Assembly (NCBI GenBank): GCA_049472355.1
Contig: JBLIRP010000016.1
Span: 1 to 52,403 of the forward strand
Length of the DNA stretch: 52,403 nt
Direction of reading: 5' to 3'
Source: a bacterium
GTDB taxonomy: Bacteria > SZUA-182 > DTGQ01 > JAFGSM01
The position numbers were made by a program, and so were the translations under genes. Of this stretch, positions 39,694-49,888 are shown one piece after another. Position 1 is the stretch's first letter. Each line of letters opens with the position of its first letter. The notes beneath the pieces were generated by a model. It saw only the letters and a program-made list of their open reading frames with translations. It searched no databases and had not been told where the DNA came from.

Positions 39694-40347
39694 CTATTCC
39701 TCCCCCTGAAATGCCGCCTTCAGCTCATCGAGCACGGCCTTTTTGAGGATGAACACCAGTTCGTCGTCCTTGTGAATCACCGCATCCGCTTTTGGAACGA
39801 GGAATTCCTTTTTCCGGTATATGGCAAAGAGGATGGCGTCCGAAGGGATGCCGAGGTCCCCTACCTTCTTCCCGTGAAGGCCGGGGCCGGCTGAAAGGTG
39901 ATAGAACCGCGCCTCTCCCCGCACCAGGTTGACGAGCTCCAGGAGATTCAACCCCCGGGAGAGATAGGTGGCCTGGACGCTGGTGGTCATGGTGGGGGCG
40001 ACGATAGTATCGATGCCCAGGTTTCTGCTGATGGGGATGAAGCTTGGCTTGCTTATCCTGACGATGGTCTTTGTTTCACCGAATGTCTTTGCCATCAAGG
40101 CGATGATGATGTTGCTCTGATCGCTCTCGGTCAGGGCGATCAGGGTATCCGCCTGGTCGATCTGGGCGTTTTTCAGTATCTCCGGATCCGACCCATCGCC
40201 GTTGATAACGGTGCAATCAAGCTCGTCCGCAAGCCGATCGGCAATGTCGGGGTCCTTTTCGATGAGGATGACCTCATCCTTCCATTCGATAAGCTGTCTG
40301 GACACCGAAATGCCCACCTCTCCGGCGCCGATCACGATTATTCTCAT
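39694..40347 (-). CDS. trkA: TrkA potassium-uptake regulatory subunit (single RCK)
   Basis: MRIIVIGAGEVG, INGDGSDP, TrkA-C domain; ATG 40347 overlaps the trkH stop (ATGA). Confidence 0.9.
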   Translation of the reverse strand: MRIIVIGAGEVGISVSRQLIEWKDEVILIEKDPDIADRLADELDCTVINGDGSDPEILKNAQIDQADTLIALTESDQSNIIIALMAKTFGETKTIVRISKPSFIPISRNLGIDTIVAPTMTTSVQATYLSRGLNLLELVNLVRGEARFYHLSAGPGLHGKKVGDLGIPSDAILFAIYRKKEFLVPKADAVIHKDDELVFILKKAVLDELKAAFQGEE

Positions 40348-41780
40348 TCCGTCCTCCATTTCACCCATGTTCGGGGATCGAGCATCACCAGGAATGGGAG
40401 GATTTCCAGTCGTCCCATCCACATGTCAAAAAGGAGCACTACCTTCAGGTGTCCCGGCAGTCCGGGGCCGCATATGCCGGTGGAGAGTCCCACCGTTCCG
40501 GTGGCGGACACCACCTCGAACAGCGCGTTCAACAGGTCGTACCCGGCTGCCACAAACAGGATCACCGACAGCACCACCGTAATTCCGAAGAGCCCCATGG
40601 TGACGACCGCCGCCTCGATTTCCCGGTCGCTCAGGGTGGCATTATCGATCCGCAGGTGGGTGACCACCTCCTTCGGCTGATGGATGCGCATCAAGAAAAG
40701 ATGAAGAAGCCTTATGAATATGATGAGGCGAAAGATCTTTATCCCCCCGGCTGTCGACCCGATGGAGCCGCCTATGACCATGGCCAGGATGGCCGCCAAT
40801 CGTGCCAGCGGCGGCGCCTGGGCAAGATTCATGGTGGAAAAGCCGGTGGTGGACTGGGCGGAGATGGTCTGAAAGGCCGACGTCCACAGGGCGTCCCTCC
40901 ATGGATATGCCCCCGTCATTCCCAGGAAGAAGAGGAGCCAGAGGGCAAGGCAGCACACCAGGAGGGTGCGCAATTGAACGTCCCGCACTATCTTCATGGG
41001 CGCCTTGTACAGGGGATAGAAGAGGTTGAAATTCATTGCCCCGAGGAGCATGAATATGATGGAGGATATGATCACCAGGGGAGGAAAGGGGGCGAACCCT
41101 TCCCCCATGGTGCCGAACCCCCCGGTGGATATGGTGGTCATGGAGTGGCACAGGGACTGGAAGAAGTCCATGCCGCACAGGCGATAGACAAGGAAGCAGG
41201 CGAGGGTGATCACCACGTAGGCCCGCCAGAGCAGCTTGGTCGCCGTGATGGCGCTGGGGGAGATCTTCGTTTCCCCCAGGCTGACCGTGAAGAGCCGGGA
41301 GGCGGTGGTTCCCGGCCCGATCAGCACCGAAATGGTCAGCACCACGATCCCCAGTCCCCCGATCCATTGGATGAAGGATCTGGTGAAGAGCATGGTGGGT
41401 GAAAGCCGTGCCAGGGGGATGGTGCTGAGTCCTGTGGTGGTCACCGCGGACATGGATTCAAACAGGGCATCCAGGAAGGGGAGGCCGGAGACCCACCAGA
41501 CCGCCGCCATGATTGACGCGAGTAAGAGATAGATCAGGCTGGCCAGCACCAGCGCATCCTTGACGTTCAGGTCCGCTTCGGGAAGCAGCCTGTTACCCAG
41601 GATGCCGAAGGCGAGGACCAGGAGACTCACGGTCAGATACCTGCCCGTGAGGGCGAATTCGCCAAAAAGGAGGGAAACCGCTATGGGGGCCAGTTGCAGC
41701 AGGGCAAGGATGATGAGTATCTTGCTCAGGTACTTTGCCACCGCCCGGTACTGTATGGATGTTATAAGGTTTGCGCGCAT
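40344..41780 (-). CDS. trkH: TrkH potassium-uptake membrane protein
   Basis: FESMSAVTTTG, TISTGGF, AQSTTGF, GSTAGGIKIFR, SATGTVGLS, GRLE. Confidence 0.93.
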   Translation of the reverse strand: MRANLITSIQYRAVAKYLSKILIILALLQLAPIAVSLLFGEFALTGRYLTVSLLVLAFGILGNRLLPEADLNVKDALVLASLIYLLLASIMAAVWWVSGLPFLDALFESMSAVTTTGLSTIPLARLSPTMLFTRSFIQWIGGLGIVVLTISVLIGPGTTASRLFTVSLGETKISPSAITATKLLWRAYVVITLACFLVYRLCGMDFFQSLCHSMTTISTGGFGTMGEGFAPFPPLVIISSIIFMLLGAMNFNLFYPLYKAPMKIVRDVQLRTLLVCCLALWLLFFLGMTGAYPWRDALWTSAFQTISAQSTTGFSTMNLAQAPPLARLAAILAMVIGGSIGSTAGGIKIFRLIIFIRLLHLFLMRIHQPKEVVTHLRIDNATLSDREIEAAVVTMGLFGITVVLSVILFVAAGYDLLNALFEVVSATGTVGLSTGICGPGLPGHLKVVLLFDMWMGRLEILPFLVMLDPRTWVKWRTE

Positions 41781-41833
41781 CGTCGGTCACCGTGCGTTAT
41801 AGAAGACGGAAATCTCTCTATTTTTTTTCTGTG

Positions 41834-42694
41834 TTACTGGGATTCCTGCTCGCTCACCAGGAAATCGACGATCTGTTCGATCCTTTCTTCCGGGACGATT
41901 GTCGGATCGTATTCGTGCATCTGCCTGACGATCTCCATCCATGCCGGGCGGCCCAGGCGGTGCTGATAGATCTCCGTTGCCTCGTGGCAGGGAAGGCAGT
42001 GGCGTTCAACAGGTGATGCCTGTTCCGAGGCCTCGGCTGCCCTGGGCACATGCGTCAGGGAGAGGTAATGAAGGATTTGACTCGCCTCGTCCAGATTGAT
42101 CCTCGGCTCGGCCAGGGCCACCATGTCGTTGACCACCCTCTCCCACGACTCCACGCTACGGGGATGCATGATATTCTCGAGGATATGGCAGGTGGAGCAT
42201 TTGGTGATAAAGAGCTCCTTTCCCAGCCGTTCATCCAGCATTGTCTCAACCATATGTTCCGAAAACCGGGTATGGGAAATGTACGGCATCTCCTCCAGGC
42301 GCCAGATCAGGTAGTATCCGGCGGTTATGCCCACCAGGGTGAAGGCGGCGAGATATGCGGTAAATCCCAGGGCGAAGAGGTGCCTTCCCAGCTTCGGGAA
42401 AAACCGGGGAATGGAGGCCTTGGCGATCAGCATGAGGAGCAGGGCCACCGAGAGGGTAACGTGGATGGCGATCCGGGGGGAGGATTCCTCCCAGTAGTTT
42501 TCCACGCGGATTACCATGAAGATGAATATGACGAGAAACAGGAGGATGAAGATCCACCCGGAGACGGCGTGGAATATCCGGTACCGCTCCGCTGAGGAGA
42601 TGTCGCGGCCCGATCTGGCCATCATGGTATATACGGCTATTGCACCGAACGCAAGACACACACAACTGAGGACGGTGGTCCAGAGAGGGCCCAT
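41834..42694 (-). CDS. Membrane protein with 4 TM helices and C-terminal diheme cytochrome c
   Basis: TM region with intramembrane His (FHAVSGW, IHVTLS); KCSTCH..WERVVNDM and HCLPCH..WMEIVRQM. Confidence 0.8.
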   Translation of the reverse strand: MGPLWTTVLSCVCLAFGAIAVYTMMARSGRDISSAERYRIFHAVSGWIFILLFLVIFIFMVIRVENYWEESSPRIAIHVTLSVALLLMLIAKASIPRFFPKLGRHLFALGFTAYLAAFTLVGITAGYYLIWRLEEMPYISHTRFSEHMVETMLDERLGKELFITKCSTCHILENIMHPRSVESWERVVNDMVALAEPRINLDEASQILHYLSLTHVPRAAEASEQASPVERHCLPCHEATEIYQHRLGRPAWMEIVRQMHEYDPTIVPEERIEQIVDFLVSEQESQ

Positions 42695-43004
42695 ATGGTT
42701 TCACCTTTCTATCGATTGATATGTTCCCGACGATACGTCATTTTTTCACGTATACGTTCCTTTGTAAAGGATCAACTGATGATAATGAGCGGTTACCGTG
42801 GGGCCTTCGACGAGACAAACCCTCATGCCACTTTGTCGTGCCACGAGGAATGAAAATATGATTTTTAATAAGATATGTGATATTTTTTGAGCAATAAATT
42901 ATAAAATCGATATACCTTGTGAGACAAAAGACAGCAATATTTAACGGGGAACGCCAAGGCGCCCCGGAGGGGCGGGAAGTGTACCCATAGAGATTAAGCG
43001 TGTG

Positions 43005-43033
43005 TTGACATGCAGGACGGCATTGGCTATATT
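43005..43033 (+). promoter_or_regulatory. Sigma-70 promoter candidate upstream of nth
   Basis: TTGACA-N17-TATATT. Confidence 0.55.
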
Positions 43034-43050
43034 CTGAGAGGATCATCTTT

Positions 43051-43182
43051 GATGGAGTCGTAAAAGGTCGATGTTATTCTTTTCTGTCATTCCGTGCTCG
43101 ACACGGAATCCGGTTTTTCACATAGCCCTGGACTGAGATCTTTGCCGCAGTGACAGGTTTGGCGACTTTTTACGAGGCCATC
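43051..43182 (-). mobile_element. MITE family B, copy 3
   Basis: GATGGAGTCGTAAAAGGTC ... GACTTTTTACGAGGCCATC; flanks atcttt/attttt. Confidence 0.85.
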
Positions 43183-43397
43183 ATTTTTGCCCTGCGTTAC
43201 ATGAGGATTTTCATTGACCATTGCTTGTAATAAACCTTCATGCCTCGTTGTGATCGACAGACCAGGGTGACATTGACCTTGGCAGGAACGGCTGGTCCGG
43301 CGTACTCATACCCTCGCCCGGGGTGAACAGGGCAGGGGGAATGCATTGAACCGGCCGAAGAATGCATCGCCGACCATGTACATCCGGGGGAAAGACC

Positions 43398-44057
43398 ATG
43401 GATGATGCCGCATTACAGGAGCGCACGAAAAGGGCCGCGGCCATTGTGGGGGAACTGAAGAGGCTCTTTCCCGGGGCGCGGATTGCCCTCGAGTACAGAA
43501 GCAACTGGGAGCTTCTGGTCTCCGTGATCCTTTCCGCCCAGTGCACGGACAAAAAGGTCAACGAGGTGACGGAGAGGCTCTTCAGGAAATATACGACCCT
43601 CGATGACTACGTGAATGCGGATCAAGGAGAATTCGAGCAGGACATCAGGCAGACCGGATTTTTCCGCAACAAGGCGAAGAATATCCTTGCTTCGGCGAAG
43701 ATGGTCAAGGAGCGCTTCGGCGGGCAGGTTCCGCGGAGCATGGAGGAGCTGCTTCTCCTCCCCGGCGTTGCCCGAAAGACGGCAAATATCGTTCTGGGAA
43801 ATGCATACGGGATCGTGGAGGGTATTGCGGTGGACACCCATGTGCGGCGATTGTCCATTAAACTGGGATTGACCGACCATGAGGACCCGAACAAGATCGA
43901 GCAGGACCTGATGAGGCTCCTCCCCAGGGAGGAATGGTTCGACTTCACCTACCGGCTGATCAGCTACGGCAGGCAGATCTGTCCTGCGCGAAAACACGAC
44001 TGCACCAGGCATCCTCTGACCTTGATCTATCCCCCTGCCGCGGACCGCTGGCCCTGA
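43398..44057 (+). CDS. nth: Endonuclease III
   Basis: LSAQCTD..VN, LPGVARKTAN (HhH with catalytic Lys), AVDTHVRR. Confidence 0.95.
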   Translation: MDDAALQERTKRAAAIVGELKRLFPGARIALEYRSNWELLVSVILSAQCTDKKVNEVTERLFRKYTTLDDYVNADQGEFEQDIRQTGFFRNKAKNILASAKMVKERFGGQVPRSMEELLLLPGVARKTANIVLGNAYGIVEGIAVDTHVRRLSIKLGLTDHEDPNKIEQDLMRLLPREEWFDFTYRLISYGRQICPARKHDCTRHPLTLIYPPAADRWP

Positions 44058-44243
44058 TTTGCCTATCCATGGCGCTTAAAGGCCCGGATATCCAAAAAGA
44101 AGACCGCGAAGGGTTATATCCTGTCTACCGTCACATCCCTTCTTCTTTCAATGTCAGGCTTGTGTCATCTCATCCATAACCACTACCCGGTATGATTCCG
44201 GCAACGCCATTGGCGACGTTCAAAAAGGTGCCCAAAGGGATCA

Positions 44244-45680
44244 TTACCGGTACACCGGGTAAACAACCCGGAGGAGTGTATACAGATCGAGGAGAATGAG
44301 GAACAGAATAAAGGCATAGGTCCAAAGTTGTGTCTTCATTGAGAGCAGCCTGGCCGGGTAGGTAAGGACCCAATGCACGCCCAGGGCCATGAAGATGCAG
44401 AATCCCGCCAGAACGGGGAAGATGAGTCGTGCCTGTGCGGAGGCGAAGGTGAAATTTATCGTCACCAGGCTGCCGACGGTGATGAGGATGGCGGCCAAAA
44501 ACAGGAGCATGCAGATCTTCGCCCGGCCGTCGTGTCTTTTGCTCGTGCATACCCTGATCAATCCCGCAATCCCTGTAAGGCTGATCAGGCCGTAAATCCA
44601 GTAGGCCCATCCGGGAAGGGGGACGGTCAGCCAGTCAAACAGGCCCCAGAATGAGGTGAAGAGCCTGGGGAAGAATATCCTTTTGAAAAACATCGTCCTC
44701 ATGTGGGCGGGCAGGACCAGCCCGGGATTTTGCGACGCCAGCAGGTTCCAGCCGAACGGATCAGTCCATCCGTAGATCATGATGTTTCTCACGAAATACC
44801 ATCCGGCGATACCTGCCACCATCACCAGGAATAATCCGAGATTGGTGAAGAGGGCGCGCAGTTTTTGTGCATTATCCACCAGAGACGCGACAATGATTCC
44901 TGCAAGGGCGACAAGGGCTACGGCGGCGATGTTTACCTTGGTGATGAATCCGAGCCCCACGGCAATCCCCAGCAGGATCGCCAACCGGTTCTGCTTCCGG
45001 TAATCCTTTCGAATCAGCCTGGCAACCAGCCATAAGGAGATAGTGGCAAGCAGAATGACCAGGTTGTCGTTATTGAGGGAGCCGCTGAGGAAATTGAACT
45101 GGGGATTGAAGGCGGCGATCGCCATGGCGAGCAGGGCAAGGCGTTTGTTCCCGGTAAAGAGGGTGCGGGCGGTTGTGAAGATGAAGAGGATGGTGAGGGC
45201 ACCGAACACCATGGAGAGTATTCTCAGAAGATGCACCAGCCTGATCCCGCCGGAGAAGGGGAAGGTGTCCTCCTTGGTGGTGAGGAACATGTTGAGGTCC
45301 CTTCCCCGGCCCCATTTGACATACCCCGGATTCAGCGGGGGATAGATCTTCTCGCCGAATCCCCGGTGAGGGTATCGATAAAAATTCACGATGTCGTCAT
45401 ACCCATGGATGTGTATATCGGAGCCCTGGTTGGGGGAAAGGACGTGCAGGAAAGGGGCGTTTAACGCGTAGTAGAGCGGGGGATTGAACCCCTCGGTTGA
45501 AATGGCCCTTTCCTCAGTGGCCTGATTCGGTAATTGCCTGTTCTGAGCAAGGAACCGCATGTATTCGAAGTGGAAGGGCTCGTCCGGTGCATTGAACACC
45601 GGGACAATCATGCTGTAGCCCAGGGAGAATGCGATAAAGAGGAGAAGTACGACAATGCATGGATACTCTATGTCTTTCAT
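44244..45680 (-). CDS. GT-C fold glycosyltransferase (ArnT/PMT/DUF2142-like)
   Basis: APDEPFH, PPLYYAL, NNDNL, GLGFITK, QARLIFP; many TM helices. Confidence 0.8.
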   Translation of the reverse strand: MKDIEYPCIVVLLLFIAFSLGYSMIVPVFNAPDEPFHFEYMRFLAQNRQLPNQATEERAISTEGFNPPLYYALNAPFLHVLSPNQGSDIHIHGYDDIVNFYRYPHRGFGEKIYPPLNPGYVKWGRGRDLNMFLTTKEDTFPFSGGIRLVHLLRILSMVFGALTILFIFTTARTLFTGNKRLALLAMAIAAFNPQFNFLSGSLNNDNLVILLATISLWLVARLIRKDYRKQNRLAILLGIAVGLGFITKVNIAAVALVALAGIIVASLVDNAQKLRALFTNLGLFLVMVAGIAGWYFVRNIMIYGWTDPFGWNLLASQNPGLVLPAHMRTMFFKRIFFPRLFTSFWGLFDWLTVPLPGWAYWIYGLISLTGIAGLIRVCTSKRHDGRAKICMLLFLAAILITVGSLVTINFTFASAQARLIFPVLAGFCIFMALGVHWVLTYPARLLSMKTQLWTYAFILFLILLDLYTLLRVVYPVYR

Positions 45681-45965
45681 GATCCCTATACTACCGCCAT
45701 AGAGGGTAAGGGGCAATCCGCATTGTCCGGATGCCGCAGGCGCGTTCCTCCCTGCGCATAGTATCCTTTATGGTCATCGCTATCGACGAGGTATACCCTC
45801 GTGCCCTCACAGGGGCCACGAGGCATGAACATAGATGCCTTTTTCGGGACAACATTATAGAAGGCCCGCAGGCGTGGTTGCCCACGTTGCTTAGGGTCAT
45901 TCGCAGCCTGCGTTGCCTGCCATCAGACATAGCAGGGGCCCCGGAAAAGACCAACCGCGCGCCTG

Positions 45966-46964
45966 TTAGAGCCAGTTGTTCACCATGAGCCCGACACCGA
46001 GCCGGCTCACCGAGTGGCTGTAATCGATCAGGGTCTCGCCGTAGCCGTTGAAATACTGGACATATCCCTGGAGCTTGTTCTTGATGGGAAAGCTCCAGTC
46101 GATCTGCACGGCGCCGCGGTTTTTATCCCAGTCCAGGTTGTTTCTCAGCATCAATCCCACCCGACTGGTACCAAAAACCCAGAGTGCCGTTATCTCCCCG
46201 TATCCCAGGTAATCCTCGATATCGGGGTTGTCGTCGCCTCCCGGATCGGTCGGGCTGGTCTTTGCCCGCTCGGGGATCCGGAACCATGGCTTGAGGCTGA
46301 AATAGAAATCCCCGTAGTCGAAGATGATGTTCATATACAGACGATTCCAGCTTCGGGAGAGCGGAAGACTGTGGCCGTTTGACTGGTGAACGAACCCGAG
46401 AATGACCCATTGGTTGCTTATCCCTTGATCCCCCTTCGGCAGCCAGAAGCCCCACATCAGCTCCGGCTCGTAGTTCGTCTCCCGAAAGGGGCTGGACAGC
46501 CTCTTGTTGAATGCCTGCCAGAAGGAGAGCTGCGTGTACCCGAAGGCGAGGTCCCCGCCGCTGTTGAGGAAATCCCTGGCCAGGGCGATCCTGAGACTGA
46601 CCTGGAACTTTATCTCGTAGGAGGTGAGATCCTCGAACTCTTTATTCGCCCGTGTATTATAGGTAAGCGGCAGGATATAGTTCGGCTTGTAGGTGGTGAT
46701 CCCAAAACGGCTCTGCTCAATGCGCCATTCCTCCTCCCGGCGCTTGGCAAGCGCACTCTCGGATGCAGGGGACGCGGGTGGCTCGGCGGCGAGGGCAGCG
46801 TCCCCGTGCTTCGTATGCTCACGGGGCGGTTGTGCAAATGCCGCGATGCCGCAGAGGAGCACGCCGATCATCAAGGCTACGGAAACGCCGGGGCGGCGCT
46901 TACGACACGGGTGAGAAGAGGGCCCATTACCGGGGGAATCATCGTGCGGTGAGATCAGTATCAT
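45966..46964 (-). CDS. pldA: Outer-membrane phospholipase A1 (OMPLA)
   Basis: EIKFQVS, YTQLSFWQ, PFRETNYEPE, HQSNG..SRSWNRLY, GYGETLIDY; start uncertain. Confidence 0.92.
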   Translation of the reverse strand: MILISPHDDSPGNGPSSHPCRKRRPGVSVALMIGVLLCGIAAFAQPPREHTKHGDAALAAEPPASPASESALAKRREEEWRIEQSRFGITTYKPNYILPLTYNTRANKEFEDLTSYEIKFQVSLRIALARDFLNSGGDLAFGYTQLSFWQAFNKRLSSPFRETNYEPELMWGFWLPKGDQGISNQWVILGFVHQSNGHSLPLSRSWNRLYMNIIFDYGDFYFSLKPWFRIPERAKTSPTDPGGDDNPDIEDYLGYGEITALWVFGTSRVGLMLRNNLDWDKNRGAVQIDWSFPIKNKLQGYVQYFNGYGETLIDYSHSVSRLGVGLMVNNWL

Positions 46965-46996
46965 TCCGTTGCCATCATTTTTATTGACTGTAAAAA

Positions 46997-47085
46997 CCAC
47001 CACTTTTAGTGGTGGATTACCTATTGAAAATAATTTACACCCCTTTAAGGGGTAACATCTTTTTTAAACCACCCCTTTAAGGGGT
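46997..47085. repeat. Cluster of three short palindromes
   Basis: CCACCAC-TTTTA-GTGGTGG (46997-47015); ACCCC-TTTAA-GGGGT twice (47039-47053, 47071-47085). Confidence 0.8.
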
Positions 47086-47489
47086 AGTTGTTAATTTACA
47101 ACCCCAAAGCATTCCCCAATAGCTTAATGATATACACTGCGTTTCGTCAAGGGTTAAAATCAACAGGGCCGGAATCAACTCTGCACGAATTGTTCCGTCA
47201 TTGTGTAATGAGGCATCCAACGGTTGTGCCAACATTTCCTTGTTAATCCCTCACGTACGCAGTTGCACACACGATCATGGCCGGGCAAAAGGGCAGGGTA
47301 GGCGGTGATCACCATGAGGAGGTACGGGAGGTATTTGTCCCGATGTTGCTCTATGATGCACTGTTCGTCATGTGCGCCCCCATAGTGGACTGTAAAGAGG
47401 ATATCTCCCTGTTCCGGGGGGCATCCCCTTATTTGAAAAACTCCTTCAGGAAGTTCAAAAGTCCCTTGTGGGCCACAGGCTCATGGATG

Positions 47490-47635
47490 TTTCATCTGAA
47501 AATCCCCTTTGGGGCATTTTCATGCCTCTTTGTGAGCCGAAGTCTCATCTGCGTTTCACTTCTACATTCTACATTCTACATTCTACATTCGATATTCGAC
47601 ATTCGCAGTTTCATCCGGCTCATGTGCGTTTCACT
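47490..47635 (+). repeat. Composite repeat family A, copy 3
   Basis: (ttctaca)x4-ttcgata-ttcgaca-ttcgcag within the same flanks as 7828 and 23253. Confidence 0.9.
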
Positions 47636-47749
47636 TGCCGCACGGAATGTGCTATAGTTGTATCTTGTTGAAAAGCCGATAAATAACGTGTGGTTACGGA
47701 ACGGGTCAACCGTTCCGACCCCTTCAACCGAGACAATGATCGTATACCT

Positions 47750-49060
47750 ATGGAGCACGCCATTCGTAAGACCGATATCCTGGTAGCGGGAGCGGGGATT
47801 GCCGGATGCGCCGCATCCCAGGCCTTTCAGGCTGCCGGAGCAGACTACCTGCTCCTTGAGAGGAATGTGGAGCCCGGAGGCCTCACCCGCTCCATCAGCA
47901 TCGGGGAGGCGCAGTTCGACTATACCGGCCACTTCATGCACCTGGCACGATGCTCAAGTCCGGCGGCATTGCCCTTTGCACATCAAAACGACGAGGACTG
48001 GGGCCTGATCAATCGCAGGTCCATGGTGTTCATAGAGGGCGAGATGGTGCCGGCCCCCTTTCAATACAATCTCTTCTCCCTGCCCGGCAATATTCGGAAA
48101 CAGTGCATCGATGGTTTTCACAGCCGGTCCGAAGCCATTGAAGCTCAATCCTTCAGGGAGTACCTGCACGCAGGGTTCGGCGAGGGTATCTGTCACCACT
48201 TTCTTTTTCCTTACAATGAGAAGATCATGGCATGCCCTCTGGATGAACTTTCGGTGGACGCGGTGAAGCGGTTCTTCCCCGTGCCTGATAAGAAAAGGAT
48301 CGAGAGTGGATACAGGCACGGTGAGGCGAATCAGGATGCCGGGTACAACAGCCGGTTCTGGTATCCGAAGCATCAGGGCATCGGGCTGCTCGCACAAGGC
48401 CTGGCCAAGGGATTAAAAAATCTCATCACCTCCTGTCCTGTAGAAGGCGTCGATCTTGCCGCACACAGGGTGTCCACCCCGTCCGGAACAGTCCGCTATG
48501 AGCGCTTGATCTCATCGATGCCTCTAAGGACATTGTGTACGCTCACCTCACATCCCGCGCTGCGGAGCCTTGCCGATTCCCTGCGCTATACCAGGGTGCT
48601 GTGTCTGAACCTGTTGATACAGGGGACCATGCCGGAGATCTTCCAGGAGAGCCACTGGATTTACGTGCCCCAGAGGGACATCCCCTTCTATCGCCTGGGC
48701 ATCTACTCCCATATCGCACCCGGGAGACAGCCCCAGGGAATGACCGCCCTCTATGTAGAGGTTGCCTCAGCCCATAATGCACCGGCGCCTGTCATGGGCA
48801 CACTCCTTGATGATATTCTTTCCTCCCTTGAGCGTCTTGGCTGGGTGTACAGGTCACAATGCGCGATCATGACGGCAAACTGGATCGATTGCGCCTATGT
48901 CCTTTTCGATCATTCCCGGAAAAAGACGGTGTCCGAGATTTTCGGTATCCTCAAGGAGTATGAAGTGTATCCCATCGGCCGCTATGGACTTTGGGATTAT
49001 ATCAGCATGGAGGATGCCATCCTCTCCGGTGTGGAGACAGCGGGAATGCTCCTTACATGA
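47750..49060 (+). CDS. FAD-dependent oxidoreductase (HemY / UDP-galactopyranose-mutase-like superfamily)
   Basis: VAGAGIAG, E..PGGLTRS, FDYTGHF, PYNEK, FWYP..GIG, GRYGLWDY..MEDA. Confidence 0.85.
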   Translation: MEHAIRKTDILVAGAGIAGCAASQAFQAAGADYLLLERNVEPGGLTRSISIGEAQFDYTGHFMHLARCSSPAALPFAHQNDEDWGLINRRSMVFIEGEMVPAPFQYNLFSLPGNIRKQCIDGFHSRSEAIEAQSFREYLHAGFGEGICHHFLFPYNEKIMACPLDELSVDAVKRFFPVPDKKRIESGYRHGEANQDAGYNSRFWYPKHQGIGLLAQGLAKGLKNLITSCPVEGVDLAAHRVSTPSGTVRYERLISSMPLRTLCTLTSHPALRSLADSLRYTRVLCLNLLIQGTMPEIFQESHWIYVPQRDIPFYRLGIYSHIAPGRQPQGMTALYVEVASAHNAPAPVMGTLLDDILSSLERLGWVYRSQCAIMTANWIDCAYVLFDHSRKKTVSEIFGILKEYEVYPIGRYGLWDYISMEDAILSGVETAGMLLT

Positions 49061-49159
49061 ATAGGTTTCATCCCTCTGTGGCAAAAATGGACACTGCGAT
49101 TCCTTCTCGCTGTGATTCAGATTGCGGAAAAAACCGTACCGAGGGCATTAATCATGCAC

Positions 49160-49198
49160 CACAAGGCCCACCAATGACTATCTGTAGTGGGCCTTGTG
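49160..49198. terminator. Hairpin between convergent genes
   Basis: CACAAGGCCCAC...GTGGGCCTTGTG 12-bp perfect stem; second stem TGAGCCTCC/GGAGGCTCA at 49207-49229. Confidence 0.55.
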
Positions 49199-49226
49199 TT
49201 GCACGGTGAGCCTCCTATGGGGAGGC

Positions 49227-49490
49227 TCAGTGCGAATACGGGCTGAACTTTGCCTTTAAATAGTCAGCAAGGGGAATATGGTCGGCAGCGGACGCCATTT
49301 TGACGTCATCATTCACTGCAGACTGATCGTGCTGGCGAGTTTTATCCTCGGCGAGTTGTCTGAAAGGGTTCGTCTGCGCTTCATACCGTGCTTCCTCGCG
49401 CATGGAGTAATTCCGGGCATTTTTCGGTGATGCGAAGCCATCGGCAAAGATCTTCTTCAGGAACCTTATCGTGATGTGCTTTATTTCCAT
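49227..49490 (-). CDS. Small hypothetical protein, possibly a decayed ferritin/rubrerythrin-like gene
   Basis: Strong RBS (AAGGAGG); weak similarity in FRQLAEDKTRQH. Confidence 0.4.
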   Translation of the reverse strand: MEIKHITIRFLKKIFADGFASPKNARNYSMREEARYEAQTNPFRQLAEDKTRQHDQSAVNDDVKMASAADHIPLADYLKAKFSPYSH

Positions 49491-49806
49491 TGTTTTCCCC
49501 CCTCCTTCTCTACAATGGACAGAGTATCTTTGATGACTTTTTTTGCCACATCAATGCATATAATAAAGACCTTACCAGGAACCTAAACCTTACGGCTCCT
49601 GAGCATGTCGGATTCCATTGCCTCGCCAAGGTGACAGACCTTCCTGATGCCTCCGCCTGTCCCCATTCCCACAAAACCGAAAGTGACCCTCAAAATAGGT
49701 GCCTGGGTCTCTTGATGCCAACCAGGGCCATGGCGTTGCCTGATGGGTAATTATTATGACATATCCATGCCGGGAACAGGGAAATGAGCGGTGGCAACGG
49801 CCAAGA

Positions 49807-49822
49807 TGGGACGTTTATTGCA
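49807..49822 (+). promoter_or_regulatory. Sigma-54 promoter motif
   Basis: TGGGACGTTTATTGCA (GG-N10-GC, one mismatch to TGGCAC-N5-TTGCA), ~65 bp before ATG 49889. Confidence 0.55.
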
Positions 49823-49888
49823 TTTCTATGAAATTTTACATATAATTATAGTATCCTGAGTCATAATCTCACGGCCGGAGGCTGTTGT

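Noticed and set aside
47277..47941. ORFs spanning repeat family A (e.g. STFYILHSTF, SNIECRM)
   Set aside because: Translations of the heptamer repeat; similar peptides recur at 7754 and 23201.
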